A program made the position numbers and the translations under genes. From Eledone cirrhosa (Eukaryota): a stretch of DNA of 64,000 nucleotides. Below are positions 28,495-43,822 of this stretch, piece after piece. Position 1 is the stretch's first letter; the number at the start of each line of letters is the position of its first letter. The stretch spans positions 71,796,001 through 71,860,000 of the forward strand of contig OZ024746.1 of assembly GCA_964016885.1 (NCBI GenBank), written 5' to 3'. Below the pieces are notes generated by a model. That model was given only the letters and a program-made list of their open reading frames with translations. It ran no database searches and was not told the DNA's origin.

Positions 28495-30015
28495 CTGTTT
28501 CTACGTTAGGCACAAGGCCAGCAAATACCCAGTGTATTACTGGTACTTTATTTTATCGACCCCGTAAGGATGAAAGGCAAAGTTAACCTCGGCGGGATTT
28601 GAACTCAGAATGGCAAGGGCCGTAACTCTATGCGCCAAAAAAACAATAACAATGATAACAATTACTTTAACACTTTCTTTATTTTAATAAATTTATTTCT
28701 ATAACAATAATAACTATAACAACAATCACAAATGTAACAGAAATAGCGTCAACGAAAAACAATAACAATAACAACAACAATCTGTATTATAATGGTTTCT
28801 TATATAGGCAGGCACAAGGCCAGCAATTTTTTGGGGGGGTGGGGGAGGCGGTAGTCGATTAAATCGACTCCAGTGCGTGACTGGTACTTTATTTTATCGA
28901 CCCCGTAAGGAGGAAAGGCAAAGTTAACCTCGACGGGATTTGAACTCAGATCATAAAGGGCCGTAACTCTATGCTGCAAAGCATGACGTCCGACGTTCTA
29001 CCGAGTCTGCCAATCCACCACCTTAACAATCTGTATTATAATAATAATCGTACCGCGATTGGCAGTATCGGTAGAGTGTCGGACGCCATGCTTTCCAGCA
29101 TAGTTACGTACCTTTACGATCTGAGTTCAAATCCCGCCGAGGTTGACTTTGCCTTTCATCCTTACGGGGTCGATAAAATAAAGTACTAGTAATGCACTGG
29201 GTAATTGCTGGCCTTGTGCCTAAAGTAGAAACAATTATTTCTCCGCCTGTCCGAGGTCGGTGGATTGGCAGTATCGGTAGAGGGTCGGACGCCATGCTTT
29301 CCAGCATAGTTACGTCCCTTTACGATCTGAGTTCAAATCCCGCCGAGGTTGACTTTGCCTTTCATCCTTACGGGGTCGATAAAATAAAGTACCAGTAATG
29401 CACTGGGTAATTGCTGGCCTTGTGCCTAAAGTAGAAACAATTATTTCTCCGTCTGTCACACGGAGGTTCCTCAATGTTCTCTGATATATAATTGGAAAAC
29501 ATTGAAAAATCAGAAAAGGAGGGAACAAATATTCTAAATGGTCCTATTTTACACACACATTCATTCACTTTCTTTTCTTACTCTCTTCTATCGATTTCTT
29601 CTATTTCTCATTCTAACTTCCGACGAGGGACTAACGCCCGAAACATTAAGACATTTTTCCTACTATAACAAGCGTTAAACTAATATACACTATCGTTATA
29701 CTGTATTATTCGGCCGTGTTGTTATTCCTTGTTGATATTTTGCATATATAAACTGAATGTCTCATATAATGTTTAGTATAACATAGTATAATGTTATACT
29801 ATGTTATACTAAACATTATATGAGATATATATTATATATAAAATTATACTATGTATAAAGGAGCGGTGAATTGGCAGTATCGGTAGAGGGTCAGACGACA
29901 TGCTTTTCAGCATAGAGTTACGGTCTTTTACGGTCTGAGTTCAAATCCCGCCGAGGTTAACTTTGCCTTTCATCCTTACGGGGTCGATAAAATAAAGTAC
30001 CAGTCACGCACTGGA
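28495..30015. mobile_element. SINE cluster: 28495-28635 (-), 28795-29020 (-), 29058-29238 (+), 29262-29443 (+), 29868-30015 (+)
   Basis: Five copies of the same consensus; the two at 29058 and 29262 form a near-identical tandem pair. Confidence 0.9.
29617..29650 (+). ncRNA. Minimal hammerhead-like motif (family D)
   Basis: CTT-CCGACGA-GGG actaacg CCC-GAAAC ATT-AAG; relatives at 36618-36651, 38261-38296 and a 3' half at 35907. Confidence 0.55.
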
Positions 30016-30439
30016 GACGATATGTGATGATGGTGATGATGATGATGGTGATGACGATGATGATGATGGTGATGACGATGACGATGGTGGTGATGACGAT
30101 AATGGTGGTGATGATGATGATGGTAATGGCGGTGGGCTGTGATAGCAATGATCACGATGACGATGATGATGATCATGATGGTGGTGGTGGTGGTGGTGAT
30201 GGTGGTGATGGTGGTGGTGGTGATGGTGCCCATGAGGATGATAATAAGATAATGATGTTGAAGAGTATGTGGGAGAAGAAGTGGGTAATGATGGTGATGA
30301 TGATGATGTTGGTTATGAGTATGATGGTATAAACAAAATATCGATTAAAAATAAGAAAACAAATGATCAGAATTGTGAATAATGTCTGAACAAATATATT
30401 TACAACAACAACAACAACAATAGCAGCAACAGCATTAAA

Positions 30440-30475
30440 AAAAAACAACAACAACAAGAATAATGGCAACAACAG

Positions 30476-30507
<32 letters not shown>

Positions 30508-30541
30508 GCAACAACAACAACAACAGCAACAACAACAACAG

Positions 30542-30573
<32 letters not shown>

Positions 30574-31645
30574 GTAACAATAACAACAACAACAGCAACA
30601 ACAATAATAACAACAACAGCAACAATAACGACGACAACAACAACAACAACAACAATGACAACAATGACAACAGCAACAACAACAACAACGACAACAACAA
30701 CGGCAACAACAACAGCAACAACAACAACAGAAACAACAACAACAGCAACAACAACAACAGCAACAACACCAACAACAACAACAACAACCCCAACAACAAC
30801 AACGACAACAACGATACAGTCAACAACAACAACCCCAACCCCAACCCCAACAATAACAACCTCAACAACAACAACAACAACAACAACAACCCCAACAACA
30901 ACAACCCCAACAACAACAACGACAACAACGATACAGTCAACAACAACAACCCCAACCCCAACCCCAACAATAACAACCTCAACAACAACAACAACAACAA
31001 CAACAACCCCAACAACAACAACCCCAACAACAACAACGACAACAACGATACAGTCAACAACAACAATAACAACCCCAACCCCAACAACAACAACAACCTC
31101 AACAACAACAACAACAACCCCAACAACAACAACCCCAACAACAACAACGACAACAACGATACAGTCAACAACAACAACCCCAACCCCAACCCCAACAATA
31201 ACAACCTCAACAACAACAACAACAACAACAACAACCCCAACAACAACAACCCCAACAACAACAACGACAACAACGATACAGTCAACAACAACAACCCCAA
31301 CCCCAACCCCAACAATAACAACCTCAACAACAACAACAACAACAACAACAACCCCAACAACAACAACCCCAACAACAACAACGACAACAACGATACAGTC
31401 AACAACAACAATAACAACCCCAACCCCAACAACAACAACAACCTCAACAACAACAACAACAACCCCAACAACAACAACCCCAACAACAACAACGACAACA
31501 ACGATACAGTCAACAACAACAATAACAACCCCAACAACAACAACAACAACAACCTCAACAACAACAACAACAACCCCAACAACAACAACAACGACAACAA
31601 CGATACAGTCAACAACAACCACAACAACAACAACAACAACAACAA
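30440..31645. repeat. (ACA)n-derived higher-order repeat
   Basis: Marker ACGATACAGTCAACA recurs at intervals of roughly 100-130 bp. Confidence 0.95.
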
Positions 31646-31918
31646 ATACAGAGAACGACTAAAGGAGCGCCGCCACTATTCCGTGGCACAATGATTCGGC
31701 ACGATTGGTGCCGCCGGCTAATTTCGAACTAACGACCGTGTATTTCATTGCTAAAGTAAACTACTTCAACATCAACATGGCGTCAACCAGACTAATGACA
31801 TCATCTTCTTCTTCTTCTTCTTCTTCTTCTTCTCCTTCTCCTTCATCAACCTCATCATCAGCATTATCATCATCATCATCATCGCCATTATCATCATCAT
31901 CATCATCATCATCATCAC

Positions 31919-31950
<32 letters not shown>

Positions 31951-31988
31951 TTATCGTCATCATTATTGACATCATTTTTCTGGCCACC

Positions 31989-32019
<31 letters not shown>

Positions 32020-32243
32020 CTATTACCATCTACCATCCAACCTCGACATCATTCACAACCATCCCCATCACCACCATCACCATCATCACCACCACCACCA
32101 TCACCACCATCACCATCATCGTCATCATCGTCATCATCATTATCATGGTGCGGCAGGTGGGGTGTCTGTGTAATGGAGACGATAATGATGATGATGGTAG
32201 TAGTACAGGCGATCGCTTTAGTAGTAGTAGTAGCAGCAGCAGC

Positions 32244-32293
<50 letters not shown>

Positions 32294-32350
32294 CAAGAGC
32301 AGCAGCACCAGTAGTAGTAGTAGTAGCAATAGTAGAGTAGTAGCAGCAGC

Positions 32351-32393
<43 letters not shown>

Positions 32394-32506
32394 ACAGTAG
32401 TAGTAACAGTAGTAGTAGTAGTAGCAGTAGTAGTAGCAGTAACAGTAGTAGTAGTAGCAGTAACAGTAGTAGTAGTAGCAGGAACAGTAGTAGTAGTAGC
32501 AGTAAC

Positions 32507-32543
<37 letters not shown>

Positions 32544-32895
32544 CTGGTGGTACAAGGTTATAAATGTATTAAAGAAAAACAGCAACAACCACAACAACGA
32601 CAAAAATAGCAGTTAAGAAAAAATGGTGGATTGACGACGGAAGCGGAAATTTGGATGTAATGAGATCACGAGGAGATGGTCACGTGTGCACACTCGAATT
32701 ACTCATGTGGCAGGCCACCGTTTGTTTCAACCTTATTGTTCTCTCCTCCACCCCTCATCACCACCCACAAGATTTCTCCCTTTCCCATCTCACAAGTCGT
32801 TTTTTTTTTGTCTTTCAAACTTCAAGTGTAACGGATATGTATATGTATATATATATATGTATATATATATGTGTGTATATATATATATGTATATG

Positions 32896-32995
<100 letters not shown>

Positions 32996-33008
32996 TATGT
33001 ATATGTAT

Positions 33009-33062
<54 letters not shown>

Positions 33063-33087
33063 ATGTATGTATATATATATGTGTATG

Positions 33088-33240
<153 letters not shown>

Positions 33241-33257
33241 GAATACATATATTTTTC

Positions 33258-33311
<54 letters not shown>

Positions 33312-33392
33312 TTTATATTTTATATATATTTATATATATATAAATATAAGTATGTATTTATATATATATATAATTTCGTTTCATTTTTTCCG

Positions 33393-33478
<86 letters not shown>

Positions 33479-33547
33479 AGAGAGAGACAGACAGATAGGT
33501 AGGTAGGTAAGTAGATCGATAGACAGACATATAGGCAGAAAATAGAT

Positions 33548-33639
<92 letters not shown>

Positions 33640-33861
33640 CAACTCACTATATCAATGTACTAAAGCATGTATCGTGAAGTCTGCCAATTAATGGTGGAGA
33701 CAAACGTTATTGGTGCCTACATGACTCAAGAGGGTAGTGTGTGTATATGTATGTATGTGTATGTATGTATGTGTATGTATGTATATGTGTGTATGTATGT
33801 ATCTATGTTTATGTATGTGTTGTTTACATATATATATATATATATTCATACATATACACAC

Positions 33862-33940
<79 letters not shown>

Positions 33941-33946
33941 CATACA

Positions 33947-34532
33947 TATGGTGGCTGCCAACTCGTTTTCGAGTACGGCCACTATTTTACATCCATGTAG
34001 GAGAACCCCTACCGATGCGCTGAACGAGTGTGACTGTTTAGTCCAGCCAGCGACTTGAAAACTCTGGTACAAACACTACACTTGTGACAATTATTGACAC
34101 ATAGTGCTGGGCCCATGGTACCATGTGACGACAAGTGCAGAGAGATCTCCAGATATAAAGCAATGCCTGTGCCGTGAAGCTTTTATAGTGAGCAAAGGCA
34201 CTGCACAAAGCCAGTCCCACTCTCTTAACCAAGATGATATTTACCAACAAGTCAACATCATTGGATACCATCAGGGTTGCAGGTGTTATATCAGAGTTTT
34301 CCTTTTAGAATTCTGCCTTGACAAAGGCTAAGGGGTCATCTCTCCCGGTGATTTGGGATGGCCATTGACTCTTAAGAGCTCCTTTGCCCTTTGACAGGTT
34401 TTGTTTTTAGTCCTGCAGGATGTCCAAAGTCACCCTCCTCACCAAGAAACCTTGGTGGGGTTGCCAGTTTAGTCGCCAACGACCCGACCATGAGACAGGT
34501 TGTACTGGGATACATGTTACCAGTAGCACCAA
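33947..34532 (-). mobile_element. Second copy of the non-autonomous RTE-related element
   Basis: Reverse complement of 12665-13263 with few differences. Confidence 0.75.
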
Positions 34533-34583
34533 CATACATACATATATATACATACATACATACATACATATATATACATACAT

Positions 34584-34667
<84 letters not shown>

Positions 34668-34749
34668 TATCCGGGATCTTCCAACAGCAATGGTTGCATT
34701 TTTTAAGGGTATGTCAATATTTATTTATAAAACTGATCTATATTATATT

Positions 34750-34806
34750 TTGTCTGATGAAAGCACACTATAATTTAACTTGGTGTACTTGAAATATGTA
34801 TAATGA
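34750..34806 (+). ncRNA. Type I hammerhead ribozyme motif in element 34668-34940 (family C)
   Basis: CTGATGA (34754)-AAGcACAC..GTGTaCTT-GAAAT atgt ATA-ATGA, then AATAAA at 34807. Homologues on the minus strand at about 39228-39287 and 47277-47336. Confidence 0.75.
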
Positions 34807-34937
34807 AATAAATATGGTTTTATAAATATAGTTTCCATTTGTTAATATCGTATGTTTACTCCAAATACTTGTTGAGTGCTTTATATCAGTTATAAAAATA
34901 TTTGCTTGCTGTATCCCAACAATTTAAATAGAACTTT

Positions 34938-34984
<47 letters not shown>

Positions 34985-35082
34985 CGGAGGAGTTGTGGTA
35001 AGAAACCAGATGGACCATAACGCACCAGAGTACTCAATACTTAGAGTAGTAGAGTATATTTACACGTACACATACACACACG

Positions 35083-35825
35083 CACGAGGTACGAGTGAAA
35101 CGTTGAACCTTGCACAGAAAAAATAGATATACAAATAAAATTTTGTCTGTGAAATCCGCGACAAGCTTTAACAGTTTTAGCCAGGTTTCTTTGTTTAAAC
35201 ACATTTTCATATTTTTTTCGCAGGTTCTTAAATTTGATGTACTCAAGGCGTTTTATGAAATATGAAGAAACTCGAGTATGGAGTAGTGATCAAGTATCTG
35301 CAGTTGAAATTCATGAGCCCAGCTGAGATTAATAAAGATACACAATACACAGTAAGGAAAGATGCCTCGTCGTATGCCATGGTCAAACCCTAGGTCAATG
35401 AATTCAAACGTGGCAAAGAAGTTGTGGAATATGACCCAATGTCTGGGAGACCATCAATAGTGACCACACCAGATAACATTGACCTTGTCCTTGGGATTGT
35501 GATGGAAGATCGACGACTGTCATCTTGTCAGATAGCAAACATGTTAGGCATCTCCCAGCGGCGAGCCAATAATATTCTGACGAATGACTTTGGTTTGACA
35601 AAGGTGTCTGCACGCTGGGTTTCACGTCTTTTGATTGAGGGACAAAAATACACTCGTCGCACCATGTCCTCCAACAATTTGGAATTTTTTGAAGCTGATC
35701 CAGAAGATTTGCTGGCATGATTTGTAACCATGGACGAGACCTAGGCCCATCACTACCAACCTCTAAACAAAATGGAAACATCATCCTCACCCGACCCGAA
35801 GAAGGCCAAGGTCACACCATCACAC
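35083..35825 (+). mobile_element. Decayed mariner-family transposon (5' end and N-terminal transposase from ATG 35262)
   Basis: VIKYL..., SGRPS.VTT, EDRRLS..IA..LGIS, KVSARWVSRLL (WVPR/HLL motif), FVTMDET (first catalytic Asp). Contains stops and frameshifts; truncated at a (TA)n tract. Confidence 0.9.
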
Positions 35826-35829
35826 CTCG

Positions 35830-35910
<81 letters not shown>

Positions 35911-36013
35911 GAAACGTTAAGACCCTCTTCCTGCTATATCAAGCGTTAACCTAATATATCCCTTCCATATACTGTACCGATTGTGTTGTTATTTCTGTTT
36001 ACTTTTTACATAC

Positions 36014-36067
<54 letters not shown>

Positions 36068-36199
36068 ATATATTACCTTTTAATCAATTTTTGCTGTCTG
36101 AAGAAATCACTATAGCTATCGTCATTGAAATATGTATAAAGGCTCAATTAATAAAGGACCCTAACAACTTCTCATTTTCCTCCGTATTATACATATATA

Positions 36200-36428
36200 A
36201 ATAAAGATGGCGTTGACATACAATACAACAGGAGGAAACATAATAGCACCACTGACGATGTTGCAGATGTTGTTAGACTATATATATGTGTTTGTGTCTA
36301 TATTACATCTGTATTTTTGACCGTTGGTAAACATTGAGGACCGAATAAATTAACTGATATAAAAGATACAGAAGCGAAATGCAACCAAACAGTGAGTGTG
36401 TTCTGTTATTATTTCTGGCAATATTATT

Positions 36429-36436
<8 letters not shown>
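36200..36436 (+). repeat. Short TA-flanked element (family F), copy at 47762-48055 (-)
   Basis: Shared AAATAAAGATGGCG...GCACCACTGACGATGTTGCAGATG...GAGGACCGAATAAA...CAGTGAGTGTGTTCTG; 3' end related to 14370-14490 and 51376-51760. Confidence 0.75.
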
Positions 36437-36521
<85 letters not shown>

Positions 36522-36733
36522 TGTATGTATGTATGTATGTATGTATGTATATGTGTGTGTATGTATATCCAATTCCAACGCGCGCGTCCCTTCAATCTAT
36601 CTTATTTCTCATTCTTTCTTTCGATGAAGGACTAGCGTGCGAAACGTAAAGACCCTCTTCCTGTTATTTCAAGCGTTAACCTAATATATTCCTTCCATAT
36701 ACTGTACCGATTGTGTTGTTTCTGTTTACCTTT

Positions 36734-36773
<40 letters not shown>

Positions 36774-36866
36774 AACAAGTAGGATCCCGACGGCTGAGCT
36801 CAAGCCGTTTCGACGGCTAATTCTGGACTAATGCGGTCCATCTGGTTCCTTACCACATTTCCTTCG

Positions 36867-36950
<84 letters not shown>

Positions 36951-36963
36951 GATATAGATATAG

Positions 36964-37072
<109 letters not shown>

Positions 37073-37608
37073 TGGGGGGAGAGAGAAAGACAGAGAGAGA
37101 GAAGTAGAGAGAGAAGGGAGAATGAGAGAAAGGTGGGGAGGGATATATAAAGACAGTAACATTGCTAAAAGAAAGGATATAGGTTACTATAATTATGTGA
37201 GGTGTAATAATAAGGGCCAGTCGATGAAGAAGGGGCCCCAGCTCTAGACATTCGTCCCAGCCTTGTGGTCAGATGATATTGGGCAAGGTCATCGGTCACG
37301 TGACCTAATCATGATGAATTACCTTCAGCTTTTGCAAACGTGTAATTCGAACCGACTTCATTGTACACTGTCCGCGTGTCTATCATCCTGCCTGTCTCTG
37401 TGGTTCGGTCTGTCCGTGTGTCTGTCTGTCTGACTATCAAACTGTCTTCGTGTCTGTATGACTGCAGGCTTCTTTGTCTGGCTGCCCGGCTACCTGTCTG
37501 TCTGCCCAAATGTCTGTCTAACTGACTGACTGTCTGTCGCGTCGGTATTTAGTTTCTGTTTCAATTTAAAGAATATACAATTAACAACCACCTATCATAC
37601 ACGCATGT

Positions 37609-37651
<43 letters not shown>

Positions 37652-38488
37652 ATGAGAGAGAGAAAGAGACATATGCATGAGCACATACACATATATGCAT
37701 ACACGTAAAATGAAAAAAACACGCACATACATGCATACATACTCTCACATACATAGAAACAATTTTTAAAATCACCCACACATACCTGCGTGTAAATACA
37801 CTCACACACACTCATTCGTCACACATGTGATAATACACACACACACACACACATACACACACACAATCGAATGCATTCACATACATAGACACAGCAGAAA
37901 AAGCCCTACACACAAGCACACACACACACTCACACACACATATATATATCCAAAAAAAGAAACTAAATACTCACAGACATACACACATACACATACCAAT
38001 GTGCACACACCAACTATATAAGACTCCGAGACACCCACGTGTCCACACACACACAGACCGAAGCCACGCACATCTACCAATTTCTTCTCTTCGGCACACA
38101 CACACAACCACACCCGTGACACACCTGTACCCTTCACTTTGCCACCCACCCCAGGCCGGACCTTCCACCTACATCCTCCTACCTCTTTTCCTTTCCCAAC
38201 CCCCTTTTTCTACCTTTCACACATTACTCTTACATCTATCTGTTCTCTTCTTATTCGAACATTACTGACGAACGACTTCTGTCCGAAACGTTGAATCCTC
38301 CTCCACTTTTTGCTAGCGTGAACATAATATAACTGTGTATTTTTGCATTCCCGTGTTTGTTTTGTTTTGTTTCATTTAACTGAAAATGGCTGACGTGGAA
38401 GAGATGCAGTTCGTTGGATGCAACTGTTTTTCTGTATGCATATTTCTATATCTATCTATCTGTATACACCTCCCTGCTATATATATAT

Positions 38489-39056
38489 AAGAAAATTTCG
38501 CTCTACATAGCTGAATACAATAAATGTGATCTGAGTTTTTTCGAATATTAATAATAACATTCAATTCGTTTGCAATTTTGCAAACAAGACTCAATTTTAT
38601 ATCCATGTCAGTAGAATGAACACTTCATTCTTGCTCTTGTGTTTGGCATGCGAACAGAACTGCAGACACTAATCTTTCTGGTTATCACCCTTCATCAGTA
38701 CAGCTCACTGTTCACCGGCCAAACTATCAGAGCTAGTGAAAATATATGCTATTTTCAAAAGCTATTTTCAAATATATGCTATTTTCAAAAGCAATTTTCA
38801 AAAGCTATTTTCAAAACCTATTTTCAAAACCTATTTTCAGTTCTGTTCGCATGCCAACACAAGAGCAAGAATGAAGTGTTCATTCTACTGACATGGCTAT
38901 AAAATTGAAACTTGTTTGCAAAATTGCAAACGAATTGAATGTTATTCATCTTTACGGGGGTCGATAAAATAAAGTACCAGTAATACACTGCGTAATTGCT
39001 GGCCTTGTGCCAAAGTAGAAACAATTATTAATATTCGAAAAAACTTAGATTACATT

Positions 39057-39060
<4 letters not shown>
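38489..39060. mobile_element. Asymmetric inverted-repeat element with a hammerhead in the spacer and a SINE fragment (38947-39025) inserted in the right arm
   Basis: Arms about 38519-38662 and 38838-39060. Minus-strand CTGTA-CTGATGA-aGG..CCa-GAAAG attagt GTC-TGCAG at 38660-38703. Confidence 0.8.
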
Positions 39061-39094
<34 letters not shown>

Positions 39095-39097
<3 letters not shown>

Positions 39098-39392
39098 AAA
39101 GTTTTATTTAAAATTGTTGGGTTATAACAAGTAAATATTTTATAACTGATATAAAGCACTCGACAAGTTTTTGGAGTAGATATACGATATTAGATAAATG
39201 GAAACTATATTTATAAAACCATATTTATTTCATTATACATATTTCAGGGATACCATATTAAAAATATGGCATGCCTTCGTCAGATAAAATACAATATATA
39301 AACAGTTTTATAAATAATTTTGACGTACCATATTATAAGCGACCGTTATATTAGGAAGCTGTCTGGATATCCAGACAGCTTCCTAATATAAC
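39095..39392 (-). mobile_element. Family C hammerhead element with a terminal palindrome
   Basis: CTGACGA at 39283-39277, long stem II, GAAAT atgt ATA; palindrome centred on GATATC at 39366-39371. Confidence 0.75.
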
Positions 39393-39480
39393 AGTGAAGG
39401 TCAGTAATTTATTACTACCTTATTACCAGTAAGATAAATAGCTCAATGTAATAACATCAGTTGTTCTACAGAGCAGTTAT

Positions 39481-40553
39481 ATAGAATTCACAAGAATCAA
39501 AGCTATGTTCAAAGCATTTATTCACTTACAATTGTTTCATCCAAACCTAGGCTTGGTGTCTTCGGAGCATTTTTCAATGTTTGTACACATAATTGACCTC
39601 CTTTCCAACGCAAGAGACATACAGATACATATATATATATATTGATGTACAGTGGAGTGGCATATATTATACTATACTATTTTTGTACAGCAATTCAAAT
39701 TCAAAATCAAAATCAAAATCAAAATCAAAATCAAAATCAAAATCAAAATTAAAATCAAAATCAAAATTAAAATAAAAATTAAAATTAAAATTAAAATACA
39801 TTCGGCAGATAACACAGATAATGCAAGAGGATAGTTTGATAGTCAGGTCTAGTAGGTAGTGTATGCGTTAGTTACACATGGAGCATGCAAGTGTGTCTCA
39901 TTTTTATACTATTAGTGTGTGGCAGGGTGTTACACGTAATGCAATCACTTTAAGCGGGTAAGCAAGATTATTATGGTGGTTGTAGTGGTAAGGTATTTTT
40001 TTATATAGAACAAAAAAGTATGTGTGCAGAAAAATAAAAATAAAAAGAAGAAGCAAAAGAAAGTTATGGTTTTCGTATCTACCATCATTTTCACATTCAG
40101 AAAAAGTAAGAAATAGTTTCTACATCCATCACATAAGTAACACCCTGCCACACAATAATAGTATAAAAATGAGACACACTTGCATGCTCCACGTGTAACT
40201 AACGCATACACTACCTACTAGACCTGACTATCAAACTATCCTCTTGCATTATCTGTGTTATCTGCCGAATGTATTTTAATTTTTATTTTTATTTTAATTT
40301 TGATTTTGATTTTGATTTTGATTTTGATTTTGAATTTGAATTGCTGTACAAAAATAGTATAGTATAATATATGCCACTCCACTGTACATCAATATATATA
40401 TATATGTATCTGTATGTCTCTTGCGTTGGAAAAGAGGTCAATTATGTGTACAAACATTGAAAAATGCCCCGAAGATTCCAAGCCTAGGTTTGGATGAGAC
40501 AATTGTAAGTGAATAAATGCTTTGAACATAGCTTTGATTCTTGTGAATTCTAT
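39481..40553. mobile_element. Large inverted repeat (arms about 420-450 bp) of family B, each arm carrying the hammerhead motif near its outer end
   Basis: 39481-39933 matches the reverse complement of 40137-40553; spacer about 200 bp; motifs at about 39523-39570 (-) and 40465-40517 (+, GAGAC variant). Confidence 0.88.
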
Positions 40554-40559
40554 ATATAT

Positions 40560-40770
40560 AAGGAAAAGAGATGAAATCGGAAAAACAGCTGGAGTCTATT
40601 TTTTTTAAATATATATTTATTTCGTTCCTTTAACGGTTTCGCAGTTCTTCTCCTTTTCAAAAGTAGAATTGAAATGGAGGGTTTGTGGTTTTTCTCACAG
40701 ATGTTAGAAAAACCACAAACCCTCCATCTCAACTCTATTTTTGAAAAGCAGAAGAACTGCGAAACCAATT
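40560..40770 (-). mobile_element. Fold-back element with hammerhead 3' half (family G); unfolded copy at about 45170-45325
   Basis: Arms 40635-40696 and 40706-40767. The 45250 copy reads GCGAAAC CG GTA AAGG..AATAAA on the minus strand. Confidence 0.65.
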
Positions 40771-40903
40771 TATGTATATATTAATGTCTATACATACATA
40801 TATTGGCATATTGGATAATGTAGTACTAGATACACATAGAAAGACTTTTGTTCATAAGATTGCTTGATCATGCCTGAAAAACAGCATCGAACGCACGCAC
40901 GCA

Positions 40904-40953
<50 letters not shown>

Positions 40954-41099
40954 CGCCATTACACACGCACACACTTACTGAGACATGCAGATATAGTGTC
41001 ATTTGGAGGTTACTGCATATAGTTTTCTATTTTAAATAAGTGCCGAACAAGCCACAGCGGAGGTAATGCTGGCTACACCACCGCCCTTCATACACTTGA

Positions 41100-42632
41100 A
41101 CATAAACCATCCAATATACCATCCATATATACCATCCATATACCATCCATATACCATCCATATACCATCCATATACCATCCATATACCATCCATATACCA
41201 TCCATAAACCATCCAATATACCATCCATAAACCATCCAATATACCATCCATATACCATCCATATATACCATCCATATACCATCCATATACCATCCATATA
41301 CCATCCATATACCATCCATATACCATCCATATACCATCCATATATACCATCCATATACCATCCATATACCATCCATATATACCATCCATATATACCATCC
41401 ATAAACCATCCAATATACCATCCATATACCATCCATAAACCATCCAATATACCATCCATAAACCATCCAATATACCATCCATATACCATCCATAAACCAT
41501 CCAATATACCATCCATATACCATCCATATATACCATCCATATACCATCCATATACCATCCATAAACCATCCATGAACCATCCATATATACCATCCATATA
41601 TACCATCCATATATACCATCCATATACCATCCATATATACCATCCATATACCATCCATATACCATCCATATATACCATCCATATACCATCCATATATCAT
41701 CCATATATACCATCCATATACCATCCATAAACCATCCAATATACCATCCATAAACCATCCATAAAACATCCATAAACCATCCATATACCATCCATATACC
41801 ATCCATATATACCATCCATAAACCATCCAATATACCATCCATATGCCATCCATATACCATCCATATACCATCCATAAACCATCCATAAACCATCCATATA
41901 TATACCATCCATATACCATGCATATATATACCATCCATATACCATCCATATACCATCCATATACCATCCATATACCATCCATAAACCATCCATAAACCAT
42001 CCATATATATACCATCCATATATATACCATCCATATATATACCATCCATATATATACCATCCATATACCATCCATAAACCATCCATATACCATCCATATA
42101 CTATCCATATACCATCCATAAACCATCCAATATACCATCCATAAACCATCCATATACCATCCATAAACCATCCATATACCATCCATATACCATCCATATA
42201 TACCATCCATAAACCATCCAATATACCATCCATATATACCATCCATATACCATCCATATACCATCCACAAACCATCCATGAACCATCCATATATATACCA
42301 TCCATATACCATACCTAAGGACAGACACTGGTCTGTTGGAGATGCAGGACATGGCAGTGATAATGAGGGACAGAGACCGCTGGAGAGAACTCGTCCATGG
42401 ATCTCGGGAATTTTACCCGCCTTAGATAGATAGATAGATATATACCATGCATATATATACCATCCATATACCATCCAATATACCATCCATAAACCATCCA
42501 TATACCATCCATAAACCATCCAATATACCATCCATATACCATCCATATACCATCCATAAACCATCCATATACCATCCATAAACTATCCAATATACCATCC
42601 ATATACCATCCATACACCATCCATATACCACC
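41100..42632. repeat. 11-bp satellite (ATACCATCCAT)n with variants
   Basis: Direct reading; source of the MDGIWMVYGWY ORFs. Confidence 0.97.
42312..42440 (+). mobile_element. Very short 3' end of the RTE family at 14542, with (TAGA)n tail, inside the satellite
   Basis: Matches the reverse complement of 14542-14647; possible TSD ATATACCAT. Confidence 0.9.
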
Positions 42633-42852
42633 CACTCCACCTATCTATGTAAACTTTCAATATCCTGATTAATTAAAGGGAGAAACTGATTAGGTGATCG
42701 ATATTGTGTACACGCAAATCTTTTAAATGAAGTATGTATGTGTATAGCAAATATATTATGTTTGTATGTATGTGTGTTCATTGTATGCATATACATACAT
42801 TTATGCACCGATGCAAACACATGCACACATACACTCGCATATATACATATAT

Positions 42853-42981
<129 letters not shown>

Positions 42982-43234
42982 CATATATATATACATATAT
43001 ATATACATATATATACATATATATACATATATATACGTGTGTGAGTGTGTGTGTATACATGCATATATTTATAATGTATGCTTCTTTATTTGTCAGTATG
43101 TATATAGTGTAGTAGTGGTGCCATTTGAAAAATCTGTTTATGTGATATTGTTTGTTTATGTAAGTGAGCGGCAATATATATACATCGTTATATGTGCACG
43201 TGTGTGTATGTACATATACATTTACATGTATATA

Positions 43235-43822
<588 letters not shown>

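Noticed and set aside
28495-30015. CRISPR-like or tRNA-gene array
   Set aside because: The repeats are SINEs of about 180 bp with a B box but no complete cloverleaf, with no regular spacers or cas genes.
30173-31662. Mucin-like poly-Thr, poly-Val and poly-Leu ORFs
   Set aside because: (ACA)n-derived repeat open in several frames on both strands; no splice or domain support.
39481-40553. Foldback or MITE DNA transposon interpretation of the palindromes
   Set aside because: Not excluded for this copy. Lone single-arm copies (11060), asymmetric arms elsewhere, and hammerhead plus AATAAA polarity favour a retroelement origin.
41027-42640. MDGIWMVYGWY repeat proteins (superficially reflectin-like in Met/Tyr/Trp content)
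   Set aside because: All three frames of an 11-bp satellite give the same peptide, the array is interrupted by an RTE tail, and no reflectin motif is present.
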